Below are positions 1 through 13,727 of a DNA stretch of 64,000 nt, in pieces. The stretch's first letter is position 1. Each line of letters opens with the position of its first letter. The notes under the pieces were generated by a model. It was given only the letters and a program-made list of their open reading frames with translations, was not told the origin of the DNA and ran no database searches. A program made the translations under genes and the position numbers. Origin of the DNA: an uncultured Methanosarcinaceae archaeon. Its GTDB lineage: Archaea; Halobacteriota; Methanosarcinia; Methanosarcinales; Methanosarcinaceae. Where the stretch lies: the NCBI GenBank assembly GCA_963833425.1, contig CAWHXP010000008.1, forward strand, positions 468,578 through 532,577, given 5' to 3'.

Positions 1-277
1 GGAGAAGTAGGAAAAATTCTTGTTACTTATGTTCAAAGACTGGTCAGAAGATGTTGTGTATCTTTTTTTATCACAATTAATTGATGACCTTGAAAATAAA
101 AGAATATTTAAGGCTAGCAGGAGCTATCTTCAAAATCAAAAATAATTTTAGAAAATATTTTAAAAGTCACTTGTCCACTATTTTCAGTAACCCATGAACA
201 CGATCAAAATATTTCCTTGAATATTGTGATTATGCAAAATTAAAAAGTTTCCCACAAAACGGGAAAGTTTCTAAGTC

Positions 278-1163
278 CTAGGTAGAATTATCATGAATAT
301 TTACATTGATTTCGTTAGCATGTACATGTGCAATTGCAGGGCCAGCTAAATCATGAAAATTGTTGCCATAAACTTCAGTATTTGAAACAGTCCCTTCTAA
401 TTCTAAACCCGCATATCCACCGCCAGATGTAGTACATTCATTATTTGCAAACACGCCATTGGTAACCTTATAGAATCGACACGATGAATTAGTCCTGTTG
501 ATAAATCTACTGTTTATAACTTTAATACCAGTAACATCATAAGCACTTATGCCATCATGTCCACATTTGTTTACAGTTACTTTATCTATTCTTATATTGC
601 TACATTTATTGACAAGAACAGCATCATTGCACCCATTCTTGAATGTAACATCATGAATCGTTAATCCATTACAACCCACCAAAGTTGCCATGTTATAACA
701 TGAGGTTCCGAGCCTTATATTTGGATAATAGTCTGCCTGGCTACCATCGACAATTAAGTTTTTTATTATAATATTGGTTGCTGAATTGTCTTTAATCATA
801 ATCATAGCTTTTTCGTCTGCGATATTACTACTGGCGTCCACCCCATACAGATAATCCTGGAGCAAGTTTAATTTTTGCACCTGGATCTCCTTCAAGGATT
901 GTATTGCTGCCGATTTGAAGAGTATCGCTTATGTAGTACGTGAACTGGCCTTTAAGGCGGACAGTTGTGCCTGGGTTATCAGCAGCATATTCAAGTGCCT
1001 TGTTAATCTGGACTTGATCGTCTTTTCCGTCACAAATAAAGTTTCCGCTTCCATCTCCTGATACCGTTATAGTTCGTGTGTTATGGCCGCCTAACGCAGC
1101 TGGTACGGTTGTTAAAATAAGGCATGTTACTAGGAACGAGGTCCCTAGCTGTCTCTTTAGCAT
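278..1163 (-). pseudogene. Disaggregatase-related / right-handed beta-helix secreted protein, frameshifted near 830
   Basis: ORF 828-1163 has a signal peptide and the TVSGDGSGNFICDGKDDQVQINKAL N-terminus typical of Methanosarcina disaggregatase-related proteins. It continues in another frame (ORF 278-895) with parallel beta-helix repeats. Confidence 0.8.
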
Positions 1164-1546
1164 CGTATCACCTTTGGGTTGGGATTTTAGAGTTTTGAGT
1201 AAACTACAAAAATTTAGGATTTTTGTATCTTTTTTCCAAAAGCTGATAAGTTGTTAAAATAAGGTATTTATCAGGAACAAAATTCCTAATGCTCTTTTCA
1301 GCACCATATAGCTTCTGGTTTTCTATCTATGGGAATTAAAGTGTAATCAAAACTTCATAGCCCACATTCTGCAGATGTACACAAAAATGCCATATGTTTT
1401 CTAATATGACAGTGGCTTTAAAAAAAATCTAACTTTCAATGAATAATAGTGAGCTGATAGGCAAACAGATACCACATCTGTGCATATATGCAGAATATAG
1501 ATTATGGGAAATTTACATCTTTTTTCCCAGATTTCTCTCAAATTCC

Positions 1547-1770
1547 ATATTACGTACTCGTAATAGTTTTGTTTCCGAAATATCTAATTAGACTAATCTG
1601 TATTAAATATCTAATTAGATCGGCTCTATGCGGTTATTCAATAATCGATATTACGTACTTTAATAGTTTCGTTTCCGAAATATCTAATTAGACTAATCTG
1701 TACTAAAAATCTAATTTGTTCGGATCTATACGGTTATTCAATAATCGATGATATTACGTCTGCGTAATAT
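1547..1770. repeat. ~101-bp tandem duplication (2 copies plus the start of a third), rich in palindromes
   Basis: Units start at 1547, 1648 and 1751 with ATATTACGT. The two full copies share gtttccgaaatatctaattagactaatctgta and cggttattcaataatcg. Confidence 0.9.
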
Positions 1771-2367
1771 TCTTTAAACCTATTCAACTATGGTTTCTGA
1801 GACATATAGGCGGAAACATTGTACACATAGTATCCACTCTCCAATTACTTCTGAGAAATTTGTTATTGGAGATGGAGGGTATGAGAAGCTTTGACTTCCT
1901 ACTACTCAAAATCTGTTACTAACCATAGGAAATTACTCCTTCTGGTCAATACCACCTCTTTTAGTAATCACGGCCTTTAGCCAAGTCAATTCATTTGTCT
2001 GAAAAAATATCAACCCATCTAATATTGGATTTCAGAAAAGAATTGACATCAGGTTTATGTAGTCATATTATAAAATATTTTTGGTTTTTTCTCAAAAATT
2101 TGCATAATTTATTGTTTTTTTTTCGTTTGCTGCAGACTTTTGAGCGTATTAAAAAGTAAAATTTTAGAGTAATTATTGCATTAATTGCAGACACAAAATA
2201 ACAAAAATTATTATTTTCCTTAAAAAAAGGATAGAAAAAAATAACACTGATTTCTTAAAAGAATTAATTTTGGAAGTGAAAGATGATATTTTCAACCACT
2301 TAATACCTTCCGCAGAAGTACACACACAAATGATATCCATTTCTCAACATGACCGCAGCATAAAATA

Positions 2368-2470
2368 TAGAATAATTAGATAACTTCCTAAATTCTATCC
2401 AATGCCTATTTGTGATATATAATGGTAGATAAAGTGACTCGTGAAAATCAGAAGTTTATCAGAATTCTCA
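2368..2470. mobile_element. Degenerate MITE with IS5-like terminal inverted repeats
   Basis: Left end tagaataattagataacttcc; right end gactcgtgaaaatcagaagtttatcagaattctc. The right end is nearly identical to that of the 59202-59294 copy. Confidence 0.6.
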
Positions 2471-2597
2471 ATAAATTCAATAATCTAGATGAATCTCCGA
2501 TTTCAACAAATTTCGCAGATCCAATTTATAGTCAACTAGCCAAAATTTGAATTTATCGAAATCCTTATAAATTAGTTAATAGATATTCTCGGAGAAG

Positions 2598-2635
2598 CTT
2601 TCATCCCTGCAGCAGAAGACGAGCTTTTGGCTAAA
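2598..2635. mobile_element. Possible IS200/IS605 terminal hairpin remnant
   Basis: ttcatccctgcagcagaagacgagcttt resembles the TTCATCCC...GAAG.CG end motif also seen at ~63099. Confidence 0.35.
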
Positions 2636-2792
2636 ATAAAAACCATTTCAGTTTGGTAGTAGTTCTGAATTTTTTAGCTGCAAAACCCATCTTTTAGAAT
2701 ATAGATGCTGAAAATGAAGAAGACTAAAAGATAATAAAGACTATTCAGATTGAGATTAATGAAACAAAAAATTATAATGGTTATAGCATTTA

Positions 2793-3314
2793 TTACAGCG
2801 TAGAATTAATGTCACTGGAAGATACATTCCTTAACCGAGCTACTCCATCAATTTTTCTGATAGCTTCTACGATCGATTTTGGAACCAAGTGTTCCCACTG
2901 TTCTCCTGCAACCATTCGTCTCCGAATTTCTGTACCTGAGTAGCTTTCCCGAATGTAAAGAGGAGATACCTTTACGCAAAAACTGGCTTCTCTAAAAAGT
3001 TGAATAACGAGAGGATTATTTGAGTATACAACTTCAAATTTTGGCGTACGTGATGCTACGTGATGAACCCATATAGAATTATATCGGACGTCTTCGATAG
3101 GAAGAATGTAATGGCGGACAGGTAAGTTCTCAAGCACATTGTGAAGCATCAGCACCCGCTCTCCTGCCGTAAAAGGATCAGTGGCCTCATGACTTTTCTG
3201 AGCGCTTCCTATACCTATAACTAGTTCATCAACCTCTTCAGATATCCGCGAAATTACCGCATGGTGACCAAAATGATATGGCTGGAAACGTCCAATGTAG
3301 AAAGCTCGTACCAT
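2793..3314 (-). CDS. nadM: Nicotinamide-nucleotide adenylyltransferase
   Basis: GRFQPYHFGH (HxGH) and SGTEIRRRM motifs; 173 aa. Confidence 0.95.
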   Translation of the reverse strand: MVRAFYIGRFQPYHFGHHAVISRISEEVDELVIGIGSAQKSHEATDPFTAGERVLMLHNVLENLPVRHYILPIEDVRYNSIWVHHVASRTPKFEVVYSNNPLVIQLFREASFCVKVSPLYIRESYSGTEIRRRMVAGEQWEHLVPKSIVEAIRKIDGVARLRNVSSSDINSTL

Positions 3315-3381
3315 CCGAATTCCAACCTCTAATTTGTAATCATGTTATTTGGGATAATTGCTGTTTCAAAAAAATCTTTTT

Positions 3382-3779
3382 TTAAATCATTTCATTACAA
3401 ATTCTTGTTCCAAAAAAAATTTTTTTACAAACTTTCAAGAAATTTTCAGCATTGTTCTTGCGCTCCACTTCAATAAGTATTCTTATAAGTTCGAAATCTG
3501 GCTTCGGATCTTCCATGATTTTCATAAAATCGTGGACCAGATCGAAGTACTTTTCTCCAGTCTTGGTTCGTATAAAGATTGAATTCCATCCTTCAGGTGC
3601 CCAACAGAACCTCCAGAAATAAGCTCCTGTAGTTTAAAAACTTAGATCGTTTGGATCACGAATTTCTCCGCCTTCTTTGCAGTAACAGTCCTCATGGGGG
3701 CACACGGCTTCGCATCCACCGCAAGCTGTGCACACGTATGTTCAATGACTTCTGTAATTTTTATGGCAGTTGGTTGCAT
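3382..3779 (-). pseudogene. fpoF: F420H2 dehydrogenase subunit F remnant with a large internal deletion and frameshifts
   Basis: Mixed-frame translation gives KITEVIEH..C.ACGGCEAVCP..EIRDPNDLS joined to ISGGSVG.PEGWNSIFIRTKTGEKYFDLVHDFMKIMEDPKPDFELIRILIEVERKNNAENFLKVCKK. These match the N- and C-termini of Methanosarcina FpoF as I recall them, and the locus is directly downstream of mer. Confidence 0.85.
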
Positions 3780-3868
3780 CTGATGCTTTTAGGCGCTAGC
3801 TTTACGACAAGATTTTTTTAGGAAACTCGACGAGGAAGTTAAAATTTTTATGTCGCGTGTAATAAAAT

Positions 3869-4867
<999 letters not shown>

Positions 4868-5596
4868 CTAATAATTCTTTTTGGCGAAATAGGTTTTTGT
4901 TCCATAATTTTTTTCCAAACTTCACATCTAAATTATATAGTATTTCGATAAAATTACAAATTTAATAAATTATGTATGTAATTATTGCCAGCAACCAGAC
5001 AAAAATCGTAGTTTGTTGAAACGCTCATTTATCAGTAACCAAATTCGCTTAGTAGTTTTTAAAAAACTGTATTTAATCAAATTTTGTGCTTGCATTTCAA
5101 CCTACAGGATAGCATATGTTTATGATGTCTGGCATTTTGTCTAAACTTAGAGATCATCGATTCTTATTTAACCATTTTTTTTTAATCGAAAAAATTCAAA
5201 TTTTGATTTCCGCCATTATCTTAGATTCCTTAGTATAGTACTTTATTGTGTCAGTTATCGCATTTCTAACTGGAACTTAAACATAGTTTAAATAGTTTTA
5301 AGGAAATACTCTTTTTAAGATATAGTTTTATACTTGTATTACTTAATAAAAACAGGAATCTTCCACCATTAATGATTGATATCTTCATGATCAAATTTTC
5401 AATCAATGAATGCTGCATTTTATGTAGTGAAACATATCTGCCTTCATCTAACAGAAGGCGGAATAAAAATACTGACAAAAGGAGAATTATGCCGTACTAT
5501 TCCTTTTTATTCATTCCATTAAGTTTCTGTTATACCTTTCATCATTCTTAAACACTAAGTATACCCCTTTTCAAATTCACAAAAACCTCAACTTTT

Positions 5597-5900
5597 CTAG
5601 AATTCCTCCTCGATCGCCGTAGCAAACTTGCAATCTGCAGGCAATTCTACCATTATCATCCCCACCCCATCTTCAATAATTGTTTTAAGGATAAGGTTCA
5701 TGCAGATAACACCAAAGCCTATAGTGGGTTATAACATGCTTAGCCTGCTTAGGACAAATTTTTTCGGTTGCTCATTCATTTTCAGCAACAAGCCAGTATT
5801 TTTCTGCAAAGAACTGATTCGGATACTCAGGCCTCAAATGCAAATACGGAGAGTGAGCTTTGATCGGAGGAAAACCTAGAAGTTCTTCAGAAGCCAGTTT
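5597..5900 (-). pseudogene. Degraded C-terminal fragment of an unidentified gene
   Basis: Protein-like fragments (HLRPEYPNQFFAEKYWLVAENE; TIIEDGVGMIMVELPADCKFATAIEEEF*) interrupted by stops. Confidence 0.4.
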
Positions 5901-6611
5901 GCATTTTTATCTTTTTTGCCAGCAGTGTCGTAAATTTGCTCTTCAAATCATAGTAAGGATAATTATTAGTATCGTTTTCCAAGGTTGAATAGTTTACATT
6001 TTTGTGTAAATTTATGGTGGAGCCCAACAATAAACCTAAATTTCCAATAATCTTTTCGGAAAATTCTTGATAGCTTAATCACATCTTCAAGTGGTTTGGT
6101 GCAATAAATTTTGAATTCACATCATCTTTTTTGTGTATAAATCTTTCAACTATTAGAGCCAAATAATTTATCAATAAATCATAATAGAAACTTAAAAGTC
6201 ATTTGGTGATTAATATGCTGCTACATTATATTTTTCTGCATGACCTAATTAGTAAGGGCTAAAATTCAATTATCATCTCTGCCAAAATGCTGTTGTCGCT
6301 TTTCATCAGATATATAAAGTACTAGAGCGATGAAAAAAATATTTGAGAACATCTAAATCACAGACATCCACACTTCTGCCAATTTAAATTACAATTAATT
6401 GGGCAGTTGAATTGCCTTAAAGGTAACTCAGCATCCGTGATCAAAGTCATATTTGAGACTTCTGGCAATTCACTTATCAGTTTAAAAGGTTTTGAAAACC
6501 AAAATACAGCTTTTTTACTAGAAATAACGCTGAAGTCAATGTTCAAAAAAGCGTGATTAAGATAAAAATTCTATTTATTTGTGTTATTCATTTGAAGAAT
6601 TTAATCTTTTT

Positions 6612-8252
6612 TTAGATATATTCTTTAACTATAAGATCATCGAGCTCAAACTCAAATCCTGCAACTGCATACCTGAGACCAAAGTTGTTTATGACTTCAG
6701 GGTGTAATTCTCCAAAGACTCCGATCTTTTTTCCTTTTGCATACACATCTGCCCGCCTGCCTTCGAGGAAAGCCGGATCTCTTGATTCTTTTACCTCATG
6801 CTGAAGCATCATTTCCCTCATGAGTGCATCTACAACCTCGTAAATCTCGGTAAAGTTTGCCTGCGGGTGAATCGAGACTGCCGCTACATGTTGGATGGTT
6901 TTTTCACTTCTCAAAACCTCACCGAATTCGAAGATCTTCTGAGCAAGTTCCCTGTGCCGGTTTAAAGCAAGGATTTCAATCAGTGTGGGAAGCAATGTTG
7001 TCCTGAGCATGATCTGTTCTTCACTTATCGGGTGAAGCACGTAAGTAACGTCATCGGTCTTCTGTCTGCACATATTCTCAAAGTTTATCTTTTCGCTTGT
7101 AAGTGTAAAAGGCATTACCTCATAATACCCCAGTCCCATCATAATTTCGTTAATATTGGAACGCAACAAAGAAATTGGATGAGATTTTCCTGCAGTATAT
7201 ATTCTAGGAGTCCTTACTTTGATGTTCTCATATCCATAACCCTTAGCAATATCTTCGACCAAGTCGTAGTTGTGCAGTATGTCGGCTCTGTAGGCCGGCA
7301 CTTGTACCTCAATCATCTCCTCATCAAGAGCCTGTGCTCCAAAGCGCATCCTTGAAAGCTGCTTAACTATTTCTTCTATGGAAAGTTCCATTCCAAGTAG
7401 GGATTTAACATTACCTTTTGTAAGAAGTCTGGTATTTGGTTCCAGGTTGGGCAATACAAATGTTTTGCCATCGTGGGTGGTGATCCTGACAAACTCTATC
7501 TGCCCACCCCGCTCAGCAAGGGCTGTGACAACAATGTTTAGAGTAGTGTACACATTTTTCCCAAGCCCTGTGACGTCGATAAAAATATCAGTTGTGCTTT
7601 CTGTTACACTCGTAAGTGCTCCGTTAATAATAGGTGGGAAAGACAGTACATTGTCATTTGCATCCAATATGACTGGGTATTTATTAAAATCCTTCACTAG
7701 ATTGGCAAAAGTTTTGCCTTTAGGGTGCTTTTCCAGGATTTCGTTCATGCTCATCTTTTCGGTGTAATCAAGTGGCACGAACTTTAAACTTGGATCAGCT
7801 GCCATGTAGCGAAAAGGAGGCTTCAAATTTAAAAGGTCGTGTACTCCGATAGAAACTTTTTTTCTGTTTCTCCCAGGACCCCAGTGCAGATCTTCCTGCA
7901 GATCCATCAGGGACTTTATCGAAGCAGATGTAAACTTTATTCCCCTTATGACTGCACACCCAAGAAAAGGCCTGATTTTTAGGATCTCCTCACTGATAGA
8001 TATCGAAACATTGTAAGGCTTTACCTCATATTCGGGAAGTCCTGTTTCAAGGTCCAGAAAACCCCGCATTGCTCTAGCGATTCCTTCAACACTATAAAGG
8101 TCAGGTCTATCCGGAAAGAATTCGATATCTATGTATTCATCTTCAATCCTTTCAATATCTGCCCCTATCATCGGCACTCTTTTTATTATATTTTCCCTAT
8201 CTGTTCCTGTGAGCTTTTCGAGGTCTTCGTACTGCAAGGTGATTATTGGCAT
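6612..8252 (-). CDS. pheT: Phenylalanine--tRNA ligase beta subunit
   Basis: [21 protein letters not shown] and [20 protein letters not shown] motifs; 546 aa. Confidence 0.97.
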   Translation of the reverse strand: MPIITLQYEDLEKLTGTDRENIIKRVPMIGADIERIEDEYIDIEFFPDRPDLYSVEGIARAMRGFLDLETGLPEYEVKPYNVSISISEEILKIRPFLGCAVIRGIKFTSASIKSLMDLQEDLHWGPGRNRKKVSIGVHDLLNLKPPFRYMAADPSLKFVPLDYTEKMSMNEILEKHPKGKTFANLVKDFNKYPVILDANDNVLSFPPIINGALTSVTESTTDIFIDVTGLGKNVYTTLNIVVTALAERGGQIEFVRITTHDGKTFVLPNLEPNTRLLTKGNVKSLLGMELSIEEIVKQLSRMRFGAQALDEEMIEVQVPAYRADILHNYDLVEDIAKGYGYENIKVRTPRIYTAGKSHPISLLRSNINEIMMGLGYYEVMPFTLTSEKINFENMCRQKTDDVTYVLHPISEEQIMLRTTLLPTLIEILALNRHRELAQKIFEFGEVLRSEKTIQHVAAVSIHPQANFTEIYEVVDALMREMMLQHEVKESRDPAFLEGRRADVYAKGKKIGVFGELHPEVINNFGLRYAVAGFEFELDDLIVKEYI

Positions 8253-8509
8253 TGTAAATTCATCTCTATATGTTGCTGGCTAACTTAATCACAAAAATAC
8301 TCAACTTCAGATTTAATGCTTTTGTTTCGGAGTCATTTGGAATATTCTGGAAAATTAAATTGTTTGGAAAAAATACATGCTTTAATCAAAGTTACAGCAG
8401 CAAAAGTCTACCCACTACCAACAAGGAAACATGTTCTCACTAACACTCTGGTTATAAAAGAATTAGTTAATCTCAAATATTTTCATTTGCTAATAGCTTT
8501 TTCTCTGCT

Positions 8510-8903
8510 GTTTTATGCGATTATTCGTATAGTTTTTAATTAAATTGGAACTAGTACTGTAACCAAAAGTTCCGATCTATTCTTCATCACCACACATCTC
8601 AACTAAAAAATAACCGTTTTCAATCTCATAGTATTTTTGAAAGATTTTTCTTGCCTTGCTATTTCATAAATCCTATCACTCTCACAGCAGAATATTTGGT
8701 TCAGCTCCAACGAAAAATGTGCAGGATGATCATCAGTTCCAAACACATCAAGCTCAAAGCAATGCATTTTACAAATTTCAAAGAATATATCTCAAATAAT
8801 TGATGGTAGCATTGTCCAAAATAAATTTTTTACGATGCTTTGTACAAAGAAAAATTTGGTATCTCATTTTATGAACATAGTTGTCTGATTGACGTCGTTG
8901 CAT
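8510..8903 (-). pseudogene. IS200/IS605 TnpA (Y1 HUH transposase) remnant
   Basis: Mixed-frame translation gives MRYQIFLCTKHRKK..FEICKMHCFELDVFGTDD..HIFVGAEP..SDEE*IGTFGYSTSSNLIKNY, matching the TnpA layout. Confidence 0.65.
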
Positions 8904-8911
8904 TTATTGTA

Positions 8912-10045
8912 GAGAATTTCGATAACCTCCATGCTCTTGAGCATGGTTGACTTTAAATTTGCAAATATTTATGTATATTCATGAAAACTCTTACTGATTT
9001 TGCTCTTAAAGAAGAGTATAAACGTCTTGAATCCGTTGGAGATAAGCTTGCTGAAATTGCTTCCTTAATTGATTGGAAAGCGTTTCGTATTATTCTTTAG
9101 TCTATGTATATTAACAAAGCCGTTTCAGGAGGGATACCTGAAACTGATGTCATTGTGATGTTCAAAATGCTTGTTTTACAACAATGGCACGTGCTCTCTG
9201 ATTTTGAACTTGAGAAACAGTGTATAGATCGAATTTCTTTTAGGAAATTCCTTGGATTTCCGGAATACATACCTGACAGTACTACTGTATGGCTATTTAG
9301 GGAGAGAATTATCGAGAATTTCAAAGAAAATATGGGAAAAGTTGCAAAGCCAACTTGATGCTCTGGATTTACAGATAAAGCAAGGAATGATTCAGGATGC
9401 TACTTTTATCCATTCAGATCCAGGACATGCGAAAGCAGAGAGATGAGGCAAAAACAAGAAGAAGCAGAGACGGAACATGGACAAAAAAGGGAGGTAAGTC
9501 TCATTTTGGATATAAGCTTCATAATATAATAGACAGAGATTATGAGCTAATCAGAAGATTCAAAACAACAACTGCGTCAGTACATGATTCGTATGTAGAT
9601 GTGACAGAGGAAAATGAAGTGGTTTATAGGGACAGAGGATACTTTGAGCAAAAACGAAAGGGTATAATGCAACAATGAAAAGAGCAGTCAAAGGACATAC
9701 GCTGGGAATAAAGGATATATTAAGAAATAAGAGAATTAGCTCAAAAAGAGTCAAAGGGGAAAGAGGTTGTTCAGTAACTAAAGAAATTTTCAAAGCAGGA
9801 AGAGTTTTTGTTACTACTGTTAAAAGAGTAAATCTAAAAATGTTGTGTACGGCTTTTTGTTATAATCTCCATCAATTGAGGACATTGAAAATAAAAAAAG
9901 TATATTGAAGATAGCGGAAGCTATCTTTAAAATCAAAGAATTGAGAATAAAGTAAAGCCAAAAAGAGGAATTAAATAGAGAAATTGAGGGGAAGATCTGA
10001 GAAATTCCTGCTAAGAAATAAAATCCGAAGTTTATCAAAATCCTC
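8912..10045 (+). mobile_element. IS5-family insertion sequence with frameshifted DDE transposase (~8981-9908)
   Basis: Imperfect TIRs (gagaatttcgataacctc / gaagtttatcaaaatcctc) flanked by TA. Transposase fragments FKMLVLQQW..DRISFRKFLG, IQDATFI, GKSHFGYKLH and DRGY lie in shifting frames. Confidence 0.9.
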
Positions 10046-10162
10046 TATAGTAAAAAGGTGGCTTAAAAACAGAATTGTTGACAATAATCCATTAGGAGAT
10101 ACTCCCAAAGTAACCATTGTCAATTTAGATCAGGAATTTCAAGAGCTAATTTGAGAGTCTTT

Positions 10163-11356
10163 TTAAAATATAGGAATTAGACCTGGGTTATCTCCTGTAA
10201 TACACTCTCCACCCTTTGAGGTCACTATAAAAGTATTTTCAATTCCCACCATTCCTATTTTTTCAATTCCTTTTTTAGGTTCGAGAGCAAATACCATATC
10301 TTCTTGAAGTGGTTCATCAAAACCCTCTGCAATTACAGGCTGTTCATCGATTTGTAACCCAACCCCGTGACCAAGGAATTTTACTTTTCTGTTCCCAAAA
10401 CCCATGAAATTTTGTAAAAATTCCTTATCGAGCTTGTACATTATGTTATTGTATATTTTGGAAGGGACAGCTCCAGGTTTTAACATTTTTGCAGCTTCAT
10501 TTTGTATCTCCACGCATTTATCGTGAATACTTCGAGCATAATTGGGTATTGAAGAACTGAACATGTATGTTGTTGTTTTATCCGTGTTATAGCCTTCAAC
10601 TGCACACCCAATGTCAATATAGACCAGATCGCCTCTTTGTAGTCTCCGGGACCGGTTCCCGATTAGGGGCACAGCAGGGCTCATACCATAATTTCCTCCC
10701 GGGCCATTAAAATAAGATGGATGAATTGAACTTTCACCAAAACAAACATTTCCCAGGAACATCTCTGTATCAAACATCCCAAAACGACATAATCCATCAT
10801 GTCCTTCCTTAACCATAACTGAAAAGAGTTCTGTTGACAGATCTACTTCACTCATTCCCTCATGCAGCATCTCTGGCAAAATATCTTCCAGCACGTGTTG
10901 ATGAATTCTGCCAGCTTCTCTCATCAAAGATAGCTCATATTTGCTTTTTACTGCTCTAGCAGCGGAAATTTGAGCATCAACAGACTTAACATTTTTGGAA
11001 GGAAAATATTTTTGAAACCTCTGGTACAAATCCAGGGTAACTATTCCAGTTTCCATAAGTACTGTATCTGGGAGCTTGCTTATATTCCTTGCAGCGTCAC
11101 GGAAACTGTCCATATGTTCTATATTTGGAAATAATGATTCTTCCCGAGCTCTTTCATAGCTGCGCCGTACCCAAAATGTTTCATCTCCATTTTTTGGAAT
11201 AATCAACATTCCATCCTGCATTGTGCCAGTAAGGTAGTAAAGGTTGATCTTGCTGAATATTACGGCTAATTCCCATTCGATGTCCGATTTGTCCATACTC
11301 TTTTTTAGGCATCTCATGCGATTTTTGAGTTCATTAAAAGGTACTTTTTTAATCAT
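10163..11356 (-). CDS. Xaa-Pro peptidase family protein (M24)
   Basis: [24 protein letters not shown] and GIENT metal-binding motifs. Confidence 0.93.
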   Translation of the reverse strand: MIKKVPFNELKNRMRCLKKSMDKSDIEWELAVIFSKINLYYLTGTMQDGMLIIPKNGDETFWVRRSYERAREESLFPNIEHMDSFRDAARNISKLPDTVLMETGIVTLDLYQRFQKYFPSKNVKSVDAQISAARAVKSKYELSLMREAGRIHQHVLEDILPEMLHEGMSEVDLSTELFSVMVKEGHDGLCRFGMFDTEMFLGNVCFGESSIHPSYFNGPGGNYGMSPAVPLIGNRSRRLQRGDLVYIDIGCAVEGYNTDKTTTYMFSSSIPNYARSIHDKCVEIQNEAAKMLKPGAVPSKIYNNIMYKLDKEFLQNFMGFGNRKVKFLGHGVGLQIDEQPVIAEGFDEPLQEDMVFALEPKKGIEKIGMVGIENTFIVTSKGGECITGDNPGLIPIF

Positions 11357-13106
11357 GCGGATTCCTTTACTAAGTTTATCTGTTATCAGTTATAAAAATT
11401 GGACTCATGCTAGTGGATATAATGCTCAATTTGGCAGAGACTACCAATTAGTTTGGTACTCTCTAATAGCAAACATATTTCATCGGCACATTATTATTTG
11501 GAAAAAAACTAATGTAAAAAATCTAATTCCTTACTGTTAAATTTTAGCTCTTAGGGATCTTTAGGAGACGACCAAAACTACAATCCATAAAGAGATTAGG
11601 GATATACGCACTTGAAGCGGGATACTTAAGCTTAATAAACTTTATGAATTTTTTTTTTAGATAATCTGATGTTTAATACTATTTGTTTCTAAGTTCAGCT
11701 ATTTATTTTTTTCAATATATAAAAAAATTTATTATGTAGTATGTGGTTTCGTTCGATCATTTAGATATACATTTTTCTAAATTTATATATTATTTAAAAA
11801 GAAATTGTTCTAATTATACTTTAGGACAAAGTAATTTTAAAAAAGATTTTTACAGATTAATAGAAAAGATTTAATTTCTTATTTAATCTCCTTGTTTTAA
11901 TCATAAAAGTTTGAATGATTTCAAAAAATAGATACATTAATGGGTAAATTCCATCAAACTTGACTGAATTTGTTATACTAACGACGAAACATAGTGTATT
12001 TTATAGCTATTCGCAATGCATGAAAGAAAAAAATTAATACTAGGCAGCGAAGCTATAAAATTCGATGACTACGAATCGATTCCGATAAAATTAATACAGC
12101 TTTTATTCTCAGTTATTTTAAATTAATTTCCGGAGATCAACTTAAAAGGCATGAACATAATCTGGTTGTCTCTGCCATTGCTCTTACTAAGTGGCTGTCT
12201 TAAAATTCAAACCGATTCAGCAATTGGATAATTGGCAATGCTTAATTTAGAATCAGACAATGAATTTTTCTGAAAATAGGATGCCCATTAACCTTGTATT
12301 ATGTGCTTCCTTATGGACTTCATTTAATTCTTTAGTTCAAATGCATGAATCTTATCCAATTGTGAGTTTAAGTTCATTTTAAGAGATGCTCAGGAAGGTG
12401 TTAGTGGTCCCTATTATTTACAGTACTTGAAGGAGGAATGAGATTACGTTCTCGCTGTTCAAAATTGTTGAAAAAAACGGATGTTTGGGACATTTACCTA
12501 CATAGGATAGCGATTTTTGATGGTACTGAGTTCAGCGATGAAATATGGACAACTAAAAAGGAAATTACAATTGAACTGCGTATCGGATATATTGAAAAAT
12601 GGGTTATAATTATACCCATAAATACATATTGGCGCTCTTACGTTTTACAGGGGACTGAAGCCAGTTGATTAGTGCTTAGATCCTAACAAAATAGTTTGTG
12701 AGCTACTCAATTTACTCAGAACAGTCGATAATTCAAATTATATAGTATTTTTTACAATTAATAGGCAAATATGCATATTTAAAATTCAAAAGGTAGCTAT
12801 ATAGAGTAGTTTTTTGATTATTCTGTAAACTCCAATTATTCTATCATTTTTTACCACAGAAAGCAGAATTTAAGACTTATTGATGCGCAGGTTTTGGTAA
12901 AAACATATGTATTTTTCATTGATTTCGTCTCTAATTATAGGATATATTTTACCGAATTATACCCTTTATCCATCACTTAGCATTCCAGTAAAAATTTATA
13001 TGGTTGAGCATTATAATTGAGTATCGAAACTTTAATTTATGTATTTCAAGGGCCTTTAAGATCAAAAAGACGTTTTAAAACGTAGTTTAAGGAAAAAGGG
13101 CTAATA

Positions 13107-13727
13107 ATGAGGTTTAAGGGCGATATCAGAGACCTAGGAGTGAAATTACTGGAGGAAATCTATACCGAAAACGAGAAAGTCGTTTACTGGAAAGACTGGC
13201 TACAAAAATATCGTTTTTTCCCTGCGTACCCGGATGACCCTTATGCTTGGTTTACAGACGTGCTCGCGCTGAAATCCGTGAATTCCGGAAACTACGGAGT
13301 AGGAAGCGTTATGGTAGGTTTTGGAGATGAGATCGTAGCCTTGGGTCAAAACCTTGTTTACTCTCCTTCTTTTCGAAGCGACCTGCATTCGGAAATGGTA
13401 GCCTTAAATTACTTTGAGGAAGAGAACCCACAAATAACAAACCTTGAAGGATATACTTTCTATACTTCATTAGAACCTTGCCCTATGTGCTTGATAAGGC
13501 TGATATCTTCTGGTATAAAAAGGATTCACTATGTAGCTTCTGACCCAATTGGCGGGATGGTAACTGGAATCTCACTTCTTCCTCCTCTCTGGAAAGAGCT
13601 TTCAGAACCACAACTTTTTAAAGTAGCGCAGTGTTCCATAGAGCTTTCGAAAGCTGCAAACGAAATTATGCATATCAACGCACAAGAATTGCTTGAAATT
13701 CTAAGAAAACGCCGTTCTGATGTTTAA
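13107..13727 (+). CDS. Zinc-dependent nucleoside/CMP-dCMP deaminase family protein
   Basis: HSE and SLEPCPMC zinc-binding motifs. Confidence 0.88.
   Translation: MRFKGDIRDLGVKLLEEIYTENEKVVYWKDWLQKYRFFPAYPDDPYAWFTDVLALKSVNSGNYGVGSVMVGFGDEIVALGQNLVYSPSFRSDLHSEMVALNYFEEENPQITNLEGYTFYTSLEPCPMCLIRLISSGIKRIHYVASDPIGGMVTGISLLPPLWKELSEPQLFKVAQCSIELSKAANEIMHINAQELLEILRKRRSDV

Noticed and set aside
828..830. TAG ending ORF 828-1163 as pyrrolysine readthrough
   Set aside because: It is immediately followed by TAA, and homology continues in another frame, so this is a frameshift.
1547..1770. CRISPR array
   Set aside because: Whole ~100-bp units are duplicated with no unique spacers, and there are no cas genes.
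12438..12668. 76-aa ORF with a GGAGG upstream
   Set aside because: The RBS is too close to the ATG and no family is recognisable; probably decayed sequence.
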